Assembly (NCBI GenBank): GCA_963665095.1
Contig: OY762069.1
Location: forward strand, 672,001-736,000
DNA length: 64,000 nt
From: an uncultured Desulfobacter sp.
Lineage (GTDB): Bacteria; Desulfobacterota; Desulfobacteria; Desulfobacterales; Desulfobacteraceae
Reading direction: 5' to 3'
The position numbers and the translations under genes are program-made. Below the pieces are notes generated by a model. It did no database searches. It was not told the origin of the DNA and saw only the letters and a program-made list of their open reading frames with translations. Positions 29,099 through 38,451 of this stretch are shown here, piece after piece. Each line of letters starts with the position of its first letter. The stretch's first letter is position 1.

Positions 29099-30594
29099 TT
29101 GCTCCGTACCTGCCCATTGTGGTGATAGATGTTCTGGGCTCCATGGCCATGGTGGTGTTGTCTCTGCTCTGCTGCTACAAGGCAAGAATCTTAAGGGAAA
29201 TAGATCCGGATAACGCCTTGTTTCTCTATCTGGCCTGGATTTCCACCGGATTTATGATCTTTGCCGTATCCCGGTCCTTCGGGCATATTTTAAGACAGTT
29301 TCTCCTTCTGACATCCCACACGGAAATATGGCAGATGATCAGCTCCTTTTCAGGCAGCGTGAATACGGTCTCTTTTATGCTGGTGAGCCTGATCACCCTG
29401 TTTTTCAATCAAAGCTGGAATATCAATGAAAAGATCCTCTCCTCCCGTGAAAAACTGGCAGCAGCCCACGGCCAACTGTTAAGCCTGAACCAGACCCTGG
29501 AACAAAAGGTGGTGGAGCGTACGGAAATGCTCACCAGCTCAGAGCACAAGGCAAGGCGTATTTTTGAGTACTCCCTGGATACCATCCTGGTCACCGACGC
29601 CCAGTTTAAAATTCAGGAGATCAACAATGCCGGTATCCATCTCACCGGGTATAAAAAAGAACAGATGCTGGCGCTGAATATGGGGCTGATGGATTTCATC
29701 GCCCGTTTTGCAGACTGGGAACAGATCTTAAGCCAGCTCAATACCAGTGAGTATGTCGTCAACGAAGAGACCGATATTTTGAAATCCGATCAGACAAAGG
29801 TCCGGGTGCTGATCACCGGCGGCGTGGATTACGGGGCATTTGGCTGTGCCAAAACCTTCCACTTTATTATCAAGGATATCAATGAGAAAAAACAGATGGA
29901 GCAGCAGATCGCCCAGGCTGACAAGCTCGCAGCCTTAGGCGAACTTTCTGCGGGTGTGGCCCATGAGATCAACAACCCTTTGGGAATCATCCTTGGATAC
30001 ACCCAGCTGATGCTCAAGGAGCCATCCGGGTTTGAAGAGGACCTCAAAGTGATTGAAAAGCATGTGAAAAACTGCCGGGAGGTCGTCAGTGACCTGCTCT
30101 CTTTCTCACGCAAAGGCTCCCGTGAAATGAGCACGGTAAATATCCATGACATGCTGGACGGGATGGTTAAATTTTTAAGTAACCATGCTGATTTCAGAAA
30201 GGTTCATATCCACCTTGCCTTGTGGGAAAAGGATACGCTTCTGATCAGGGGCAATACCCAGGAATTGACCCAGGTGGTTTTAAACCTGATGATCAATGCC
30301 TGTCATGCTGTCCATGACACCCCGTCCGGCATCATAGAGGTCAGCACCCGCAGGGTTGACGATTTCGCTGTTATTGAGGTTTCGGATAACGGCACCGGCA
30401 TTCAGGAGCAGCACCTGTTGCGCATCTTTGATCCGTTTTTCACTACAAAACCAGTGGGGCAGGGGACCGGGTTGGGACTTTCCGTGGGATATGGTATTAT
30501 CCGCCGGCACAACGGGGATATCACCGCAGTAAACAGGCCGGATCAGGGGGCTGTATTTACTGTGCGTCTGCCCCTGGAACCACAGGAGACATAA
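29095..30594 (+). CDS. Membrane PAS sensor histidine kinase (NtrB-like)
   Basis: 3-4 TM, PAS, AGVAHEINNPL, DNGTG, FDPFFTTK, GTGLGL. Confidence 0.92.
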   Translation: MIAPYLPIVVIDVLGSMAMVVLSLLCCYKARILREIDPDNALFLYLAWISTGFMIFAVSRSFGHILRQFLLLTSHTEIWQMISSFSGSVNTVSFMLVSLITLFFNQSWNINEKILSSREKLAAAHGQLLSLNQTLEQKVVERTEMLTSSEHKARRIFEYSLDTILVTDAQFKIQEINNAGIHLTGYKKEQMLALNMGLMDFIARFADWEQILSQLNTSEYVVNEETDILKSDQTKVRVLITGGVDYGAFGCAKTFHFIIKDINEKKQMEQQIAQADKLAALGELSAGVAHEINNPLGIILGYTQLMLKEPSGFEEDLKVIEKHVKNCREVVSDLLSFSRKGSREMSTVNIHDMLDGMVKFLSNHADFRKVHIHLALWEKDTLLIRGNTQELTQVVLNLMINACHAVHDTPSGIIEVSTRRVDDFAVIEVSDNGTGIQEQHLLRIFDPFFTTKPVGQGTGLGLSVGYGIIRRHNGDITAVNRPDQGAVFTVRLPLEPQET

Positions 30595-30605
30595 AGGGGC
30601 ATACG

Positions 30606-32009
30606 ATGACATCGCATATTTTAGTGGTTGATGATGAAAAAGACATGACCCGCCTGCTTCAGAGGTCTTTGGAGCCCGAACTGGACTGCCGGGTCACCAT
30701 GGCATTTTCAGGTGAAATGGCGCTAAATGTGCTCGGACAGTCAGATGCGCCCTTTGATCTTGTTATCAGCGATATCCGCATGCCCGGGATGGACGGATTT
30801 GAGCTTCTTGAGCACCTGAAAAAACAATACCCGGATCTCACTGTTGTGATGCTGACGGCCTACGGAAATATTGAGTCAGCCGTTGCCGCCATAAAAAAGG
30901 GGGCATACGATTACATTTCCAAACCCTTTGAGCAGAATGAAATCTTATACAAAATCCAGAAGGCCTTGGAGCGCAGCCGGCTGATTTCCGAAAACCGACG
31001 GCTCCAGAAGGCCTGCCAGTCCTCATCCCTTCCCCTGATCGGCCAGAGCCCGGCCATGCAGAAGGTGTTTGAGAAAATTTCCCTTGTGGCGGATTCTGAT
31101 GTAACCGTCTTAATTACCGGTGAGTCCGGTACCGGCAAAGACCTCACCGCAAGATCCATTCACGCATTAAGCCCTAGAAGAAACAAACCTTATATTCCTG
31201 TCAACTGCCCCACCATCCCGGAGCATATCCTTGAAAGCGAGCTTTTCGGCTATAAAAAGGGGGCGTTCACCAATGCCTACCGGGATAAGACCGGACTTTT
31301 CCAGGAGGCCAACCAGGGCACCATCTTTTTAGATGAGATCGGGGATGTAGGGCCCACCATTCAGACCAAGCTGCTCAGGGTGATCCAGGAAAAAGAGGTC
31401 AAGCCCTTAGGCGATACCCGGGTGGACCATGTGGATGTCCGAATTATTGCCTCCACCAACCAGGATCTGCGCCAGAAAATTGCCGACAAGGAGTTCCGGG
31501 AGGATTTTTTTTACCGGCTCTCTGTGATCACCATTGAACTGCCCCCTTTGCGGGACCGGGTTACGGATATCCCGCTGTTGTGCGAACACCTTCTGTCCAA
31601 ACACTGCGAAAAACTGAACAAGCCAGCCAAACATCTGTCTGAAAACGTTCTGGACCTTTTGATGAAACAGCCCTGGCAGGGCAATGTAAGGGAGCTTGAA
31701 AATGTGCTTGTCCAGGGAATACTTTATGCTGAAGGCCAGACCATTGGCCTGACCGATATCCCTGTCAAAAAAGAGCGTGAGACCGAGTGTTTCAGCATGG
31801 ATTTTAATAAAGAACTTGGCAAGCTGACCTATAAGGAGGCCAAGGAGGATATCCTCACCCGTTTCAACCACAGCTATATCGGGGCCATGCTATCCATGAC
31901 CCAGGGAAATATCACCCAGGCAGCCAGGCGCTGTGCCATGGACCGCCAGGCCCTTCAGCAGATCATGAAGCGGTATGCCATTGATCCGGACCAGTTCCGG
32001 GGCAGATAG
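30606..32009 (+). CDS. Sigma54-dependent response regulator (NtrC/AtoC family)
   Basis: REC DIRMP; GESGTGKD; ELFGYKKGAFTNA; LDEIG; C-terminal Fis HTH. Confidence 0.95.
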   Translation: MTSHILVVDDEKDMTRLLQRSLEPELDCRVTMAFSGEMALNVLGQSDAPFDLVISDIRMPGMDGFELLEHLKKQYPDLTVVMLTAYGNIESAVAAIKKGAYDYISKPFEQNEILYKIQKALERSRLISENRRLQKACQSSSLPLIGQSPAMQKVFEKISLVADSDVTVLITGESGTGKDLTARSIHALSPRRNKPYIPVNCPTIPEHILESELFGYKKGAFTNAYRDKTGLFQEANQGTIFLDEIGDVGPTIQTKLLRVIQEKEVKPLGDTRVDHVDVRIIASTNQDLRQKIADKEFREDFFYRLSVITIELPPLRDRVTDIPLLCEHLLSKHCEKLNKPAKHLSENVLDLLMKQPWQGNVRELENVLVQGILYAEGQTIGLTDIPVKKERETECFSMDFNKELGKLTYKEAKEDILTRFNHSYIGAMLSMTQGNITQAARRCAMDRQALQQIMKRYAIDPDQFRGR

Positions 32010-32014
32010 GGCTT

Positions 32015-32216
32015 TTATGAGTATTCATAGATCTCATAGATTGTCTCTTCGCCTAACAGCGTATCAATTTTTTTCTGTAATGCCTGACGTTCCCCGGAGA
32101 GTACCCACTGTCTCCAGTCGTCAGCCGACTGCCAGGTGCTGATCACCAGACTTTCCCCTTCCCGGTCACAGCGAAAGAAGGTCTCTCCTGAAATATAGCC
32201 CTTCCTGCCGGTGGTT
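32015..32216 (-). pseudogene. 5'-truncated antibiotic biosynthesis monooxygenase (ABM)-family gene
   Basis: TTGRKGYISGET...LVISTWQSADDWRQW...ERQALQKKID is the C-terminal part of an ABM domain; sequence upstream belongs to the 1073-aa ORF in another frame. Confidence 0.65.
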
Positions 32217-35200
32217 ACCGTTTTCTGTCTATGCGGTTCTTGCCTTTCGCCACAAGGTTGCTCCACGCCTGCCATTCGTCCTCTGTAAAAATCCCGGTTT
32301 TCAGAGGTTTTTTAAACCTAAATTTATCAATACTGCCCAACCGTGCTTTTTTCACATACTGTGAGGCAGCGTGATCAATTATGTACATATTCCCTTTAAT
32401 ATTCACACGTACAAATTTATGAATAAAGCTCCCGCTGACCTCTTGCCAATTTTCATATACCCGGTACTGCCCCGGTCCTGGAGACGCCGCATCAAAGGCG
32501 GAGAGTTCAGCCTTGATAAATCCTTTTTTATCCAGTGATTTTACAACTGAATCAGCAGCAATTCCACAATCAATGGGTATCCCCTCTTTCACGGCACGGG
32601 GTATCTCTCTGGCCGTCCGGCTTTTAGCAATAGCTCTTGCTTTGGCAATGACATCAACAACGTCACTATCCAAACGCGCTGATCCTGACTGCAGGCCTCC
32701 AATACGATGTGGTAATTCGTCTGGTGATGCCAAGGACTTCCCCCGTCTTCCTGGAGCCACGCTGTTACCCGCTGTACCAGTTCTTTTTTTAAAAAGACTG
32801 GACCGGGTGCCGCCGCGATTAGCAGCCGAGGGAAGATAACTGTTTCCAAAAGTGTCCATCTTGCCGGACCAGCCAGCCTGTCTTTCGACTGTAAAAAGAT
32901 GGGAAGCGATTTTTTTAAGCTCTTGCGGACGATAGGCTGAATACCCGGCTCCTCCTGATGTGTGGCTCAGAGCATCACGAACCATATAAAACTTTTTCCC
33001 CCTTTTTATATACCAACCCTCCAAAGTGACAGCATGGCTCTGCTCGCCTACCTTGACAACAAAGGGAACGGAACCGCCTTCCTTCATAATAACGGTATCA
33101 AGGTTCTGCATAAACTTACCCGTCCGGACAGCCATGGACGGTGTTGTCTTGAATCCGAGGGCAGCGTATAGTTTACGCATCTCATCCGGTGAGAGCCCGA
33201 CCTCACTGCCGATCGCATGATTACCCAGAAAACGGCGCACCCCTTTTACAAAGTCAACGTAACTCATTCGCGACTTAAGCCCAAGCCGAGGATTATGGAA
33301 CATACTTTGTAAAACACAATCAGCCTTCATTTGGGGATGAATGGTCTCTGTATTAAACTGAAGCTTTACCTCATCAATATCACTGGCAAAAAGATCTTCA
33401 AGTTCCACCTTTCGCTTTTTCCCGGCTTCATAAAACCGGCTCCCTTTACTGTCAGTACCATTAATGGTTTTTGACCGCTTCTCCAGCCTCTTGGAGACGC
33501 GCTTCCAGCGACTGCGAAGCCGCGATTTATTACAGACTCCACCTTTCCCGGCCATACGGGAGCATAGGAGCCCCAGGAAAATATTGCACGAGTTGGCTGT
33601 AAACCTGGACGTGGCATTCGCTATTTTACGACCATCCTTGCTGAGCACTGCCTGATACAGCTTTACCCCGCTTTCTACTGTTTCCACAGTGCCTTTGCCG
33701 GTCATGAACACACCAAAAGAAATGAGAACCCCCTGGAAGATACGGCTTCCTCTGGTCAGATTGGCCAAACCGGAAAAAGCCCCGCCAATGGCAATCTGTT
33801 CAAACCGGGCAAAGCAGAGCCCGCCTTCCAGGATGCCACCAAGCACAGGATGCCCCATTCCCACTAACTCGTGCTTTACGTTAATTATATTTCTGTCATT
33901 GGCATTCGCTGTGTGTGCCCGATCAGTCCAGGCTTCGACAATACTCCCCCAGGCCCCAGAGATGTTTGCATCCCGGCGTTGTTGAAACTCCTTTTTAAGT
34001 GCCCGGGTAAAATGGGTAGACTGAATACAATCAAGATAACTAACCTCCCACAAAATTGCCTGGGCAACAATGCTCCCCGCCGTTTGCAGGAGCGCGTCGC
34101 TATATTTGCCTGCCACCTGCAACGAATGGCGGAACACCCCGCCCTTTTCTTGTCCCTGATGCAAAACAACCCTGGTTTCAGCCCCAAAGCGGATGTCGCC
34201 GCCATATAGATTGCCGATCAATGGTGCCCTATAGGCAATCATGTCCGTTCGTACAGAATAGGTAGCGCTGATTTCTGTTTCGTAAGAAATCCGATCCTTA
34301 TAGGCATTACCGCTGGAATCCACTAAATACCGTTCAAAAAGATTCGGCTTGCCTTTGGGTGCTTTGGAATAGACATTGAGTGCCCGTGCCCCCTTGTCAC
34401 TGACTCCGGGTAACAACTCTCCCGGCTGGGTAAGCGTGGCCACTATCGCATTTCCTTTGGGGCGGCTCGCCATATAAAAATTGCTGTAATCATCCGTCGT
34501 CAGGATATCAAGGGAGGCAAAACCATGTTGCAGGAGCAGATCAAAAAGGAAAAGAGCAACACAGGCCGCACCCGCCGCCGTGTCATCCGCATAATATTGA
34601 GAGATCTCACGAATCGCAGTGACCGGGCCGTCTTTGCCGCTATACTGGTTAAGCACCGCATTTCCCTTGGCGTCCCGGCTATATGTCCTGCGGACAGTCT
34701 CTCGCAGCTGGCAAAGATTAACCAAAGAATTCAAAAAAATGAACCTGCCGTCTTTACTAATCAGGTGCATGTGCCACACCTCGTCAAGCCGGTCGCTATA
34801 ACGGGTATAAAGTAGCTTGCCCAGCTGTAGCCGGGTGAGATAAATGCCACTGGTTTCGCTGACCACACCCGCCACGGCCGCCTGCCCTTTCTTCTTCCGG
34901 CTTCCCGCAACAGATCTAATTTCAAAAGTCTTACCCCCGGCATCATTCTTATAGCTCACAACCAGGTTTTCGTTCCAGGCAAAGAACATGCCCCGCTCAA
35001 AGAAGCTGCCCGAGGAATTACGTACAATTTCAACGCTACAGCGCAGGGGAGGCACAAGGGTATCCGGGTCCGGTTCTTCTTTACTCAGATAGATAATAGA
35101 GCCGTAGTTGCCTGATTCGCTGTCATAAAAATCTTCCCGCTGAGTCCGGCCGTCGGCATCAATCTGGATAAAAGACCTTTGTTTACCTTTTTCGCCCGAT

Positions 35201-35436
35201 AAAAGCGTTGTCCATTCCGTTCTTTGACGTCCCTGCACCCACACATATTCGAGAAGATTAAGATTCCCGTCCTCATCAAAACGAAGGTGATCACCCTGGG
35301 GTGTCTGATTAAAAAGACCCCGACTGAAAACCCGGCCCCGCAGACTAAAGAGGAGAGATTCTATCCGGTCGATCGCCCTTTGGGTGAGAATTTTATAACC
35401 ACCGGCTTTTTTAAGTAATTCTGAGGCATCACTCAT
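32215..35436 (-). CDS. Large toxin-like protein with two papain-fold (Cys-His-Asp) domains
   Basis: AGGAG RBS; Gly-rich hydrophobic middle; QMKADC...SHAV...VRD (C39-like) and IDCG...IHKFV...IIDHAASQY (transglutaminase-like). Confidence 0.65.
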   Translation of the reverse strand: MSDASELLKKAGGYKILTQRAIDRIESLLFSLRGRVFSRGLFNQTPQGDHLRFDEDGNLNLLEYVWVQGRQRTEWTTLLSGEKGKQRSFIQIDADGRTQREDFYDSESGNYGSIIYLSKEEPDPDTLVPPLRCSVEIVRNSSGSFFERGMFFAWNENLVVSYKNDAGGKTFEIRSVAGSRKKKGQAAVAGVVSETSGIYLTRLQLGKLLYTRYSDRLDEVWHMHLISKDGRFIFLNSLVNLCQLRETVRRTYSRDAKGNAVLNQYSGKDGPVTAIREISQYYADDTAAGAACVALFLFDLLLQHGFASLDILTTDDYSNFYMASRPKGNAIVATLTQPGELLPGVSDKGARALNVYSKAPKGKPNLFERYLVDSSGNAYKDRISYETEISATYSVRTDMIAYRAPLIGNLYGGDIRFGAETRVVLHQGQEKGGVFRHSLQVAGKYSDALLQTAGSIVAQAILWEVSYLDCIQSTHFTRALKKEFQQRRDANISGAWGSIVEAWTDRAHTANANDRNIINVKHELVGMGHPVLGGILEGGLCFARFEQIAIGGAFSGLANLTRGSRIFQGVLISFGVFMTGKGTVETVESGVKLYQAVLSKDGRKIANATSRFTANSCNIFLGLLCSRMAGKGGVCNKSRLRSRWKRVSKRLEKRSKTINGTDSKGSRFYEAGKKRKVELEDLFASDIDEVKLQFNTETIHPQMKADCVLQSMFHNPRLGLKSRMSYVDFVKGVRRFLGNHAIGSEVGLSPDEMRKLYAALGFKTTPSMAVRTGKFMQNLDTVIMKEGGSVPFVVKVGEQSHAVTLEGWYIKRGKKFYMVRDALSHTSGGAGYSAYRPQELKKIASHLFTVERQAGWSGKMDTFGNSYLPSAANRGGTRSSLFKKRTGTAGNSVAPGRRGKSLASPDELPHRIGGLQSGSARLDSDVVDVIAKARAIAKSRTAREIPRAVKEGIPIDCGIAADSVVKSLDKKGFIKAELSAFDAASPGPGQYRVYENWQEVSGSFIHKFVRVNIKGNMYIIDHAASQYVKKARLGSIDKFRFKKPLKTGIFTEDEWQAWSNLVAKGKNRIDRKR

Positions 35437-35772
35437 TGCTTGCTCCTAACCTGTTCAGATTTTAAAAAGGTATCACTTCAGAAGTCTGGATTTTTTAAAC
35501 AATTTACGTTGTCGGTTGGGCTTCACACCGTTGCCGGATGCACCGGGAACCGCATGTCACCTATGGTTCCGGCAGGAAAGTGCCGGATTTGGTCAGGACC
35601 TACTGGCCCGCCAAACAGCCAATAATGCGACTTCGTGTCGCACCATAATTTTTGAAATCTGCGGTGAAGTCCGCAGCATTCTATTGTGTGTGCCGGGCAC
35701 GGCACGTGTTCTTAAAAGTGAGTCAAACGTAAACGATTTCAATGCGTTTGGCAAGTCTTAGGCCCAGCCGGA

Positions 35773-36272
35773 CACGGTAAATTTGTTCTAATAAGCATTG
35801 CAGTGCGCCTGGCTATTTCTGCTCAATTTTAGATAGTCGAAGACGGCCCTTATATTCAAAAGCAGTTGCCGCATTTTTTGAGAAACGCTTTTGACGTTTT
35901 TGCTTTTGATAAGTCCCACAGCAAAACGCCTGAGTCGTGTTAAATTCTCTGGGCCGGAGCCTACTCTCACCCGGCTTTTGTCTTCATTATAATTTCAGTC
36001 GATTATATAATGGCAACTGTTTTCAATTACCCAGGGCCCTCGATTAATTTGGAGAACTTTTGCTGCATCAGCTTGGTTTGGGCGTAAGCTGGTTACCCCA
36101 TAGGCGGTCTCATTACTGGTTTTACCCGTTTTTTTGTCGTAGGATTGACGTTTAATCATGAACGTCTGGCCTGCATGTGGAAAATCAAGGTAATCGTTCA
36201 GATCTATAGTGACCCATATTTTACGGGTCTCTATTCTTCCGTGTTCGATGCCATCAACAGTCTAGTGGTCAG
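35773..36272 (-). mobile_element. ISAs1-family transposase remnant (3' part, internal stop)
   Basis: HGRIETRKIW...YLDFPHAGQ...YGVTSL...RGPWVIENSCHYIID*NYNED...PENLTRLRRFAVGLI; ORF ends at 35788. Confidence 0.8.
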
Positions 36273-36432
36273 GAATTGGGTAAAACAATTTTTGTATAAC
36301 TTGTTGATATCATATATGGTTTTAATTTTTTTGGTAGAATGGGCAGTTTTGGGCCTGTTTTAAAATACTTTTCGTGTGCGCGTGCATGCGTATGCGCGTG
36401 AAATTGTTTTTTGTATGACATTTTAAGGTATT

Positions 36433-36491
36433 TTTACCCATATATTATTTTATAATATTATTAATATATTATAAAATAATATATGGGTAAA
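36433..36491. repeat. Perfect 26-bp AT-rich inverted repeat
   Basis: TTTACCCATATATTATTTTATAATAT (36433-36458), 7-nt spacer, ATATTATAAAATAATATATGGGTAAA (36466-36491). Confidence 0.9.
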
Positions 36492-36492
36492 T

Positions 36493-36800
36493 TTAAAAAT
36501 TAAATGGGTTAAAAAATTCATTTTTTTGGCAAGGGTTAAAAGATTTTGGATTGATTTTAAAATTCTCTTCACGGTACTTGTTTTTTCCTGCGGTCAGGCT
36601 CTCCGGAATTTTCAGATCATGTTTCTGCCAGAGAAGGCAACCTTCAACCAGCCACCTCAAAATTCCAGCTCTCTCAGCTTGTAATTTCTGCAATAATTTA
36701 GGATCTGCCTGGCGCTCCCAAGGCTTTGAAGGATTTGGAACAAAAGAAAGTCTGAACGGAATCAGAATTGCTCGCGTCCAGAAAGCATCGTCTCCCTTCG
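36493..36800 (-). pseudogene. C-terminal remnant of a P4/D5-type phage/plasmid primase-helicase
   Basis: DDAFWTRAILIPF...ADPKLLQKLQAERAGILRWLVEGCLLWQKHDLKIPES...YREE; cut off at the IS66 end. Confidence 0.7.
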
Positions 36801-36868
36801 GTAAGCCTGCATAAATTAAGTTCGCGCTGCTGATATAACGGTCCCATCAATATGTTAAGGAGGGACTC

Positions 36869-37282
36869 ATGAATAAAACAAAACTGACAGATAACCAGTA
36901 TTCAGCACTGGAAAAGGTGGAACAACAGTTTGCGTCCTGGAGAGAAACGCGGACAAAAATCGGATGTATTCCGGATTCATTATGGTCTGCGGCTGTAAAT
37001 CTTTTTCATTCTTATAATCTGAGTATAAACAAGATTGCGCGAACTTTAGGGCTCAATTATACAGACCTGAAATTACACATCACAGCAAGACCGCCAGTTG
37101 CCATAGAACCCATTGAAGATGAACCAGCCACATTTGTTGAACTGGAACCACCATTTGCCGCCACGGATTGCATCATAGAGATGGAAAAACCATCCGGGGT
37201 AAAGCTGCGCATGTGTTTCAGGAGGCGGGCAGATCCTGTGGCAGTTGATCTTGGCAGGTATTTTCTTGAGGGATTGCCATGA
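36869..37282 (+). CDS. IS66 TnpA-like accessory protein
   Basis: FASWRETR...IPDSLWSAAV, HTH-like segment, TFVELEP; ATGA overlap with tnpB. Confidence 0.7.
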   Translation: MNKTKLTDNQYSALEKVEQQFASWRETRTKIGCIPDSLWSAAVNLFHSYNLSINKIARTLGLNYTDLKLHITARPPVAIEPIEDEPATFVELEPPFAATDCIIEMEKPSGVKLRMCFRRRADPVAVDLGRYFLEGLP

Positions 37283-37632
37283 TCCAGATCACACCTCATA
37301 TGAAATTTTTGCTGGCTGTTGATTCGGTTGATTTCAGGAAAGGCATTGACGGCCTGGCCGGGTTATGCCGGAAGATACTCCATTCCGATCCTTTTTCCGG
37401 ATACCTGTTTGTATTTATCAACCGGAGACGAACAGCCATAAAGGTATTATGCTATGACTCTCAAGGCTTCTGGTTATGCCAGAAGCGGTTATCCCAAGGC
37501 CGTTTTAAATGGTGGCCGGTAAACGCAACCAGATGCAAAACCCTTGATGCCCATGATCTTCAAATGCTGCTATGGAACGGTGATCCGTTTAATACCAGGG
37601 CAGCCCCGGCATGGAAAAAGCTGTCTGCATAA
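37279..37632 (+). CDS. tnpB: IS66 accessory protein TnpB
   Basis: VDFRKGIDGL, LFVFINRRRTAIKVLCYDSQGFWLCQKRLSQGRFKWWP. Confidence 0.92.
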   Translation: MIQITPHMKFLLAVDSVDFRKGIDGLAGLCRKILHSDPFSGYLFVFINRRRTAIKVLCYDSQGFWLCQKRLSQGRFKWWPVNATRCKTLDAHDLQMLLWNGDPFNTRAAPAWKKLSA

Positions 37633-37677
37633 TTTTTTTCGTACGTTCGAGCCCATAATCTATTATAAGACGTTGCC

Positions 37678-37885
37678 ATGACAGATGACATCGTACTTAC
37701 ATATAGAGGCAGGACCGCAACCCGTGATGATATTGCCTTCATCAACCGGTTAATAAAGGATAACCCCCAAGCCAGCCGTTTGGCATTGTCAAAAATGCTG
37801 TGCACGGAATGGAATTGGGTTCAGCCCAACGGTAATTTTCGTGACATGATTGCCAGAGGATACATGCTGGCACTTCATGCGCCGG
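37678..37885 (+). pseudogene. Truncated DUF4338-like gene inside the IS66-like element
   Basis: YRGR...DIAFINRLI...SRLALSKMLCTEWNWVQPNG...DMIARGYMLALH, after which the resemblance ends. Confidence 0.55.
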
Positions 37886-37899
37886 ATAAAAAGAAAGAT

Positions 37900-38448
37900 C
37901 TTTGGGTCTTCGGCTTGTAAAATCATCCAGGAGCGTGAGGATAAAGGGGATATACAGCAGGCTGGGCAGGAATATTGACGAACTGCCCCCGGATCAGTGG
38001 GTTGGGTACATCCGGCAGATCCAGCCTGAATTCGGCTATCCTCTGCACATTGTCCCTGTGGCGGACCTGACCACCTTGCAGACAAAAGAACATGATCTTT
38101 TACACCAGGGCAGCCTTGTGGTGGTGCGGGACGGTGAATGGTTTTACCAGCGCGTAAAACAAGGTGGTTTGGCCCTGGCCATGGGGCCTTTGCCCAACTT
38201 TCACACGCCGTTGCGGATAGAGGCGCTGTTCTGGAGCATAATTGAGGTGAACGTCGACGTGATTGCCCTTGTGTTGTCTCTGCCCTTCTGGCTGAACCTG
38301 CCACCCTCCTCCCACCTCACGCATCCGGTTCAGCCTGGAGATGCTGGAACATGCCAAGGATCAATCCGAAAAAGATGATTCTATTGCCCAGATCCGCATG
38401 GACATTGACGAGTTGGACAGCCTGGTGTCCGAACTTTTGATCTATGTA
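37900..38448 (+). pseudogene. Fragmented RstB-like sensor histidine kinase
   Basis: Periplasmic-like segment (IQPEFGYPL...LAMGPLP), TM, then in another frame SRIRFSLEMLE...MDIDELDSLVSELLIY (HisKA helices); HAMP, His box and HATPase missing. Confidence 0.55.
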
Positions 38449-38451
38449 TTT

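Larger units (their letters stand above)
36801..37885 (+). mobile_element. Truncated IS66-family element (left end, tnpA, tnpB, partial third gene; no tnpC)
   Basis: Begins GTAAGC at 36801 exactly where the primase remnant is interrupted; tnpA- and tnpB-like ORFs follow. Confidence 0.75.

Noticed and set aside
35995..35997. In-frame TGA in the ISAs1 transposase as selenocysteine
   Set aside because: It sits at a non-catalytic, Trp-like position in an already truncated IS; a simple nonsense mutation.
37279..37632. RNA-guided TnpB nuclease
   Set aside because: This is the 117-aa IS66 accessory TnpB, unrelated to IS200/IS605 TnpB; no RuvC or zinc finger.
37678..37920. Druantia anti-phage system
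   Set aside because: Only a truncated DUF4338-like fragment inside an IS; no DruE helicase or other dru genes.
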